Assembly (NCBI GenBank): GCA_020431645.1
Contig: JAGQHW010000003.1
Span: 1-24,000 of the forward strand
Length of the DNA stretch: 24,000 nt
Direction of reading: 5' to 3'
Source of the DNA: Carnobacterium sp.
GTDB lineage: Bacteria; Bacillota; Bacilli; Lactobacillales; Carnobacteriaceae
The position numbers and the translations under genes were made by a program. Below, one piece after another: positions 18,124 to 24,000 of this stretch. The number at the start of each line of letters is the position of its first letter. The stretch's first letter is position 1. The notes under the pieces were generated by a model, which ran no database searches, was not told the origin of the DNA, and worked only from the letters and a program-made list of their open reading frames with translations.

Positions 18124-18152
18124 ATTATAACATTCCGGGTGTGTCATGTATA
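18124..18152 (-). promoter_or_regulatory. Putative promoter of rapZ-yvcK-whiA: TATACA-17-TGtTATAAT
   Basis: On the minus strand, the extended -10 TGtTATAAT has its hexamer at + strand 18124-18129, and a weak -35 TATACA corresponds to + strand 18147-18152. Confidence 0.35.
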
Positions 18153-18186
18153 GCTAAGTTTATTTTTAATCCTTTACTCATAGCCA

Positions 18187-18222
18187 AAAGCCATAATGAG
18201 CACCCAGGCTCATTATGGCTTT
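18187..18222 (-). terminator. Terminator downstream of phosphoglucomutase
   Basis: A perfect 15-bp stem, aaagccataatgagc with gctcattatggcttt, and a 6-nt loop. The U-tract is short and partly lies inside the stem. Confidence 0.65.
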
Positions 18223-18229
18223 CATAAAA

Positions 18230-19957
18230 TTAATCTTTTACTACAATGGCAATAGTTGCTTCAAAGTCTTCTAACTTTCTTTTTACTTCACTGGCAGATG
18301 TCGCAAAAGATCCAATATAGAATTTTATTTTTGGTTCTGTACCTGATGGTCGAATGGCTATCCAACTTCCATCCACCATTTTGTATTTCAAGACATTAGA
18401 TGAAGGCATAGTGATGGTTTCTTTTGTACCATCACCATAGAGACGTTCTCTCGTTTCAAAATCTTCAGCATATTCTACACCGATTCCAGCAAATTCTCTT
18501 GGTGTTTCTTTTCTAAACCTAGCAATTAAAGCTTTTATTTTCTCAGCACCTTCAATACCATCCATCGTCATGGAGATTGTTTTCTCTTGATAGTGACCAA
18601 ATTGGTGGTAAATATCTTGGAGACCGTCATAAAGTGTTTTGTCTTGTTCTTTATAAAAAGCAGCAACTTCAGCAATTAAAACAAGCGCTTGGATGGCGTC
18701 TTTATCACGAACAAATGATTTCACTAAGTAACCATAACTTTCTTCAAAACCAAATAAGAATGTTTGACTATTATCTGTTTCATATTGTTTAATTTTCTCT
18801 GCAATGAATTTGAAACCCGTTAAAACATCAACCATTTTCACTCCAAATTGTTCTGCAATCGCTGTTGGCAACTCACTCGATACGATTGATTTTAAAACGA
18901 CTCCATTCTCAGGTAAGATTCCTTTTTCTCTTTGCGTTGTTAATAAGTAATGAAGCATTAAACTAGCAATTTGATTGCCTGTTAGCACTTCATAATTGCC
19001 AACGGTTGTTTTAACAGCTATTCCTAAGCGGTCAGCATCTGGATCCGTCGCAACTAAAAGGTCAGCATCAATTTCTTTTCCTAAACGAAGAGCGTATTCA
19101 AATGCTGCTGGATCTTCAGGGTTCGGTGATTTCACCGTAGAAAAATCTGGATCTGCAACCGCTTGTTCTGGAACAACAGTGATGCCTTTAAATCCTGCAT
19201 TAGCTAATGCACGCTCGCCCAACATCTGACCAGTACCGTGTAAAGGTGTAAAGACAAGTTTCATCTTGTCACTCATTCGCTCAATCAATTCAGAATCAAT
19301 CGTAACCGACTTGACCTGTTCAAGATAAAGTTGATCCATCTCTTCACCTAAAATAGTTAATAATCCTTTAGCTTTAAGTTCTTCTTCTGAAATAACGTCG
19401 ACCGTTAAACTATTTTCAACATTCCTTACATATGAAGTTAAAGCATCTGCTTCTTTTGGAGGCATTTGCCCGCCGTCTTCGCCGTATACTTTGTATCCAT
19501 TATAAGCTGCTGGATTGTGACTGGCTGTAATCATGATTCCAGCATAAGCATTTAACTGACGAACAGCGAATGATAATTCTGGCGTAGGACGTAAACTTTC
19601 AAAAACAAATGAAGGAATATTATGAGCGCCTAATGTTTTTGCAGCTTCCATAGCGAATTCTGGAGACTGGTGTCTTGAATCATAAGCAATCGCGACACCA
19701 CGTTTTTTACTGTCTTCTCCCAAGCTATCCATAAACAATGCTAAACCTTCTGTTGCTTGACGAATTGTGTAAGGATTCATGCGATTGATTCCAACACCAA
19801 TTATCCCACGCATTCCAGCAGTACCAAATTCTAAGGGAGCATAAAAAGCATCTTCTAGCTTGTGCTTATCTCCTTTTAAAGTAAGCAATTCAGCTTTTAA
19901 TGTTTCATCTAGCGCTTCAAAATTATTCCATATTTCATAGGTTTGTTCCCAAGTCAT
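18230..19957 (-). CDS. pgcA: Alpha-phosphoglucomutase / phosphomannomutase family protein
   Basis: 575 aa. The active-site loop ITASHNPAAYNGYKVY and the metal-binding motif ATDPDADRLG are present. Confidence 0.93.
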   Translation of the reverse strand: MTWEQTYEIWNNFEALDETLKAELLTLKGDKHKLEDAFYAPLEFGTAGMRGIIGVGINRMNPYTIRQATEGLALFMDSLGEDSKKRGVAIAYDSRHQSPEFAMEAAKTLGAHNIPSFVFESLRPTPELSFAVRQLNAYAGIMITASHNPAAYNGYKVYGEDGGQMPPKEADALTSYVRNVENSLTVDVISEEELKAKGLLTILGEEMDQLYLEQVKSVTIDSELIERMSDKMKLVFTPLHGTGQMLGERALANAGFKGITVVPEQAVADPDFSTVKSPNPEDPAAFEYALRLGKEIDADLLVATDPDADRLGIAVKTTVGNYEVLTGNQIASLMLHYLLTTQREKGILPENGVVLKSIVSSELPTAIAEQFGVKMVDVLTGFKFIAEKIKQYETDNSQTFLFGFEESYGYLVKSFVRDKDAIQALVLIAEVAAFYKEQDKTLYDGLQDIYHQFGHYQEKTISMTMDGIEGAEKIKALIARFRKETPREFAGIGVEYAEDFETRERLYGDGTKETITMPSSNVLKYKMVDGSWIAIRPSGTEPKIKFYIGSFATSASEVKRKLEDFEATIAIVVKD

Positions 19958-20053
19958 ATTTAATCATCCTTTACTATTTGATAGAAAACGTTTAACTTAT
20001 TCTTTTTTTAAGTATACCATTTATCTTATTTTCTTTCATTAGAATTACACCGC

Positions 20054-20092
20054 AAAAAAAGCAAGAGACTAGCACAATCACTAGTCTCTTGC
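20054..20092 (-). terminator. Rho-independent terminator of trxB
   Basis: A perfect 12-bp stem, gcaagagactag (20061-20072) with ctagtctcttgc (20081-20092), followed by U7 on the minus strand. Confidence 0.85.
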
Positions 20093-20106
20093 TGTATTTA
20101 CTGAAC

Positions 20107-21078
<972 letters not shown>

Positions 21079-21124
21079 TTAAATTCAGTCAATTTATCTC
21101 TTATTGCCTTATTCTACACTGTAT

Positions 21125-21163
21125 AATAAAAAACTTCCATCTATTTGCTTACTAAATGGAAGT
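21125..21163 (-). terminator. Rho-independent terminator of the TPR gene
   Basis: Stem aacttccat (21131-21139) with atggaagtt (21155-21163), followed by uuuuuauuau on the minus strand. Confidence 0.75.
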
Positions 21164-21169
21164 TGATTT

Positions 21170-21601
21170 TTAATAGTCTTTTATTTCGATTTCAATAACT
21201 TGCTTCAACGACTCTGCTTCCTCAGTGAAATCACCATCTGGTTCCAGTTCTAAATATTGGTTAACTAATTCCAATGACTTTTCTAACTCATCTAAAAAGG
21301 CATAGTTGTTGGCTTGGAAATAATAAGCTTCAGGAAAAATATCTCCATCACTTTGAATTAATTCTTCTAAAATTTCCATTGATTCACTAAATTCACCTGT
21401 TTGTTGATGGCAAATAGCTAACTGACAAAGGGCAAAAATTCTTTCTTCCTCCGTTTTACTTAGCGTACTTGCACGCAAGAGGTACTCTTTAGCCTTTGTC
21501 ATATCGTTTTTTTGAAAAGCTTTAATTCCTCTTTGAAAATAAAAGTCACTAGTTGGGATAAATGGGATAATGATTGCTTTTTCATTTTTCATTTCTGACA
21601 T
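21170..21601 (-). CDS. Tetratricopeptide-repeat (TPR) protein
   Basis: 143 aa, acidic and helical, with TPR-like repeats (AKEYLLRA..., ALCQLAICHQQTGEFSESMEILEEL, YYFQANNYAFLDELEKSLELVNQYLELEP). The RBS is GAGGAGGAAG. Confidence 0.7.
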   Translation of the reverse strand: MSEMKNEKAIIIPFIPTSDFYFQRGIKAFQKNDMTKAKEYLLRASTLSKTEEERIFALCQLAICHQQTGEFSESMEILEELIQSDGDIFPEAYYFQANNYAFLDELEKSLELVNQYLELEPDGDFTEEAESLKQVIEIEIKDY

Positions 21602-21707
21602 TTGGCTTCCTCCTCTTCATTGCACTTTATTTTGATAAGCCAGTATAGCACATAGGCACTTACTTTCATATCCCTATCTAATCATTATTTTGAGTAGCTA
21701 ACGACAA

Positions 21708-21757
21708 TAAAAAAAGCGTTCCATCGCACCACCTAGTAAGGTGAGCGACTTCTCGCT
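21708..21757 (-). terminator. Probable terminator region downstream of galU (several small hairpins followed by U7)
   Basis: The minus-strand RNA contains agcga-gaag-ucgcu, cacc-uuacua-ggug and gcg-auggaa-cgc, followed by uuuuuuuauu. The exact fold is ambiguous. Confidence 0.4.
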
Positions 21758-21775
21758 AATACTATTGCTGTCACT

Positions 21776-22681
21776 CTATTTGTTGTCTTTTTTTTTTTTA
21801 TCTTCTTCTTCAAGTTTCTGACCTATCTCAATAATATACTCACGCAAAGCGTCTTTTACTTCATCGTGTTTCAAACCATACTGAATACTTGTTTTCAAGA
21901 AGCCAAATTTATCCCCAACATCAAAACGCTGTCCTTTAAACTCATGTGCGAAAACACGTTGCGTTTTATTTAGTGTATCAATGGCATCTGTTAATTGAAT
22001 TTCTCCACCTGCACCTGGTTCTTGATTTTCTAGAATATCAAAAATTTCAGGAGTTAGTAGATAACGTCCAATGATAGCTAGGTCACTTGGTGCATCTTCT
22101 GGTTTTGGCTTTTCTACAAAACTTCGTACGTTGTACGTTGTTTCATCTACTTGTCCTTCAGGATCGATAATACCATATTTAGAGGTATCTTCATGAGGCA
22201 CTTTCATTACTGCAATATGAGAAGCATGCGTTTTATCGTACCCATTTATCAATTGTTTAGTTAGTGGTACTTCATCTTCCATCAAGTCATCTCCAAGCAT
22301 AACAACAAATGGCTCGTTTCCAATGAAGGCTTTTGCTTGTAAAACAGCATGACCCAGTCCTTTGGGATAAGATTGACGGACGAAAAATAGATTCAACCCT
22401 GTTGTTTCTTCCACCAGTTCTAAAAGAGCTAACTTATCTTTTGCTCTTAGATTTTCTTCCAACTCTGGGTTTGAATCGAAATGGTCTTCAATCGGACGTT
22501 TACTTTTACCTGTTACAATCAAAATATCTTCAATGCCTGAATTAATCGCTTCTTCTACAATAAATTGAATCGTTGGTTTATCAACGATTGGCAACATTTC
22601 TTTAGCCATTGCTTTTGTAGCAGGTAAGAAACGAGTTCCCAACCCTGCAGCTGGAATAACGGCTTTACGAACTTTTTGCAT
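21776..22681 (-). CDS. galU: UTP--glucose-1-phosphate uridylyltransferase
   Basis: 301 aa. [30 protein letters not shown] is the GalU/GtaB signature. Confidence 0.95.
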   Translation of the reverse strand: MQKVRKAVIPAAGLGTRFLPATKAMAKEMLPIVDKPTIQFIVEEAINSGIEDILIVTGKSKRPIEDHFDSNPELEENLRAKDKLALLELVEETTGLNLFFVRQSYPKGLGHAVLQAKAFIGNEPFVVMLGDDLMEDEVPLTKQLINGYDKTHASHIAVMKVPHEDTSKYGIIDPEGQVDETTYNVRSFVEKPKPEDAPSDLAIIGRYLLTPEIFDILENQEPGAGGEIQLTDAIDTLNKTQRVFAHEFKGQRFDVGDKFGFLKTSIQYGLKHDEVKDALREYIIEIGQKLEEEDKKKKDNK

Positions 22682-22727
22682 GTTTATTTTCCTCCAATGG
22701 TTTACTCTCTAATCAACTTAGTTTTTA

Positions 22728-23732
22728 TTAGCTTTCAGATTTCCCATCACGTTTCATCAAGGAATCTACAACTTCTCTAACATTCGCATGGTTGTATAGT
22801 ACCTCATAAATTGCTGCAGTGATTGGCATTTCTATATTTCTTTCTTTTGCCAATTCATAGACTGCTTTAGTCGTTGTTATTCCTTCAGCAACCATATCCA
22901 TATGTGCTAATGTTTCTGTTACTGTCATGCCTTTTCCTAAAAAATTACCAGCTTGCCAGTTTCGTGAATGCACACTTGTACACGTTACAATCAAGTCACC
23001 AACTCCACTAAGTCCAATAAATGTTAAGGGATCTGCCCCAAAAGCAACTCCTAAGCGACTAATTTCTGCTAATCCTCTAGTCATTAGAGCTGCTTTAGCA
23101 TTATCTCCATAACCTAAACCATGAAGAGCCCCTGCTCCAAGTGCAATAATATTCTTTAATGCTGCTCCAAGTTCTACTCCAATGATATCTTTGTTTGTAT
23201 AAACTCTAAAATAATCATTCATGAATAATTGTTGCACAAATGTAGCAGATTCTAAATCAGGCGATGCTGCAGTGATAGTCGTTAAGTCTTTAACTGCTAC
23301 TTCTTCCGCATGGCTTGGGCCTGATAGAACAACAACGGCTTTACGTTTCGCCTCAGAAATTTCTTCTTCTAGAATAATAGAAATGCGCTTATGTGTTTCT
23401 TGTTCTAACCCTTTACTTGCGTGAATGATTACAACTGGCTTTTTCAAGCTAGCTTCTACTTTCTTAGCTACATCACGGATGGCTTTCGTTGGGACAACAA
23501 ACAAAACAGCGTCAACTGAATCCAAAACTTCTGTTAAGTCAGTAAAAGCTTTTATTTTTTTTGAAAGAATAACCTCTGGTAAATAATCTTTATTTGTATG
23601 AAATTGATTGATTTCATCAACTTGCTCTTGGCTATGGCTCCATAAACGAACTTCATGACCGTTTTCCTCAAGAACCATTGATAAAGCCGTACCCCATGAA
23701 CCAGCACCTAATAGTGCAATTTTAGCTAACAT
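22728..23732 (-). CDS. gpsA: NAD(P)H-dependent glycerol-3-phosphate dehydrogenase
   Basis: 334 aa. [10 protein letters not shown] is present at the N-terminus and the GpsA body is conserved. Confidence 0.96.
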   Translation of the reverse strand: MLAKIALLGAGSWGTALSMVLEENGHEVRLWSHSQEQVDEINQFHTNKDYLPEVILSKKIKAFTDLTEVLDSVDAVLFVVPTKAIRDVAKKVEASLKKPVVIIHASKGLEQETHKRISIILEEEISEAKRKAVVVLSGPSHAEEVAVKDLTTITAASPDLESATFVQQLFMNDYFRVYTNKDIIGVELGAALKNIIALGAGALHGLGYGDNAKAALMTRGLAEISRLGVAFGADPLTFIGLSGVGDLIVTCTSVHSRNWQAGNFLGKGMTVTETLAHMDMVAEGITTTKAVYELAKERNIEMPITAAIYEVLYNHANVREVVDSLMKRDGKSES

Positions 23733-23814
23733 GCTCTTTCATCACTCCTTAGTCCTATTTTTATCTGCTTATCTTTTTTTAATGCATAAGATTGCTTAGT
23801 TTTACTAGTAACTT

Positions 23815-24000
23815 CTAGGTTAATCTTGTTAGTTCTTTTTCTTCCTTTGCGCTTAATCCATCTAAATAATAAGGTACTGGTGGATAATCTCTTCTTCTCA
23901 GAATCCAGATAATCAATGCCCCTATAAATAAAACAACGGATAAAGCTTGGGATACGCGTAACCAGTCCACTAACATCAAACTATCTGTTCGTAGCCCTTC
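23815..24000 (-). CDS. lgt: Prolipoprotein diacylglyceryl transferase (partial, C-terminal 61 aa only)
   Basis: Manual translation gives EGLRTDSLMLVDWLRVSQALSVVLFIGALIIWILRRRDYPPVPYYLDGLSAKEEKELTRLT*. The block EGLRTDSL...RVSQ..S followed by a TM segment and RRR is typical of the Lgt C-terminus. The stop codon TAG is at 23815-23817. It is not in the ORF track because the frame runs off the window. Confidence 0.75.
   Translation of the reverse strand, partial: EGLRTDSLMLVDWLRVSQALSVVLFIGALIIWILRRRDYPPVPYYLDGLSAKEEKELTRLT

Noticed and set aside
18079-18147. 23-codon N-terminal extension of rapZ
   Set aside because: The extension ([23 protein letters not shown]) covers the candidate promoter and leader. 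GGAGA precedes the ATG at 18078, which gives the canonical length of about 296 aa.
19983-19997. cre-like sequence AGAAAACGTTTAAC upstream of phosphoglucomutase
   Set aside because: Only about 10/14 positions match the CcpA cre consensus (TGWAANCGNTNWCA), and one half-site is poor. It cannot be supported without comparative data.

Overview
This is a chromosomal window from a low-GC Gram-positive bacterium (Bacilli). The housekeeping gene order resembles Listeria, Enterococcus or Carnobacterium-type genomes, but the species cannot be determined from the sequence alone. Almost every gene is on the minus strand.

Gene order by coordinate:
- a partial LevR/ManR-type sigma-54 activator at the left edge
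- a two-gene accessory cassette
- the glycolytic operon, transcribed cggR-gap-pgk-tpiA-gpmI-eno (cggR at the highest coordinates)
- a heliorhodopsin-like 7-TM gene
- a DsbA-like CPFC protein
- clpP with a CtsR box
- a small DUF898-like membrane protein (+ strand)
- tRNA-Arg(CCG)
- rpoN (+ strand)
- whiA-yvcK-rapZ
- phosphoglucomutase
- trxB
- a TPR protein
- galU-gpsA
- the 3' end of lgt at the right edge

Two things stand out. First, the only clearly accessory DNA is a 1.47-kb cassette at 1373-2845. It encodes a standalone DUF4145-like protein (similar to the N-terminal domain of HsdR) and a 286-aa protein built as coiled coil, then about 90 aa of Gly/Ala zipper, then coiled coil. Two copies of the eno terminator bracket it. 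I cannot match it to any named defence or toxin system, and it is my best candidate for an undescribed module. Second, a heliorhodopsin-like gene at 10590-11375 sits among stress and glycolysis genes.

I saw no CRISPR array, IS element, transposase, integrase or rRNA. All family assignments come from motif recognition by eye, not from database searches.
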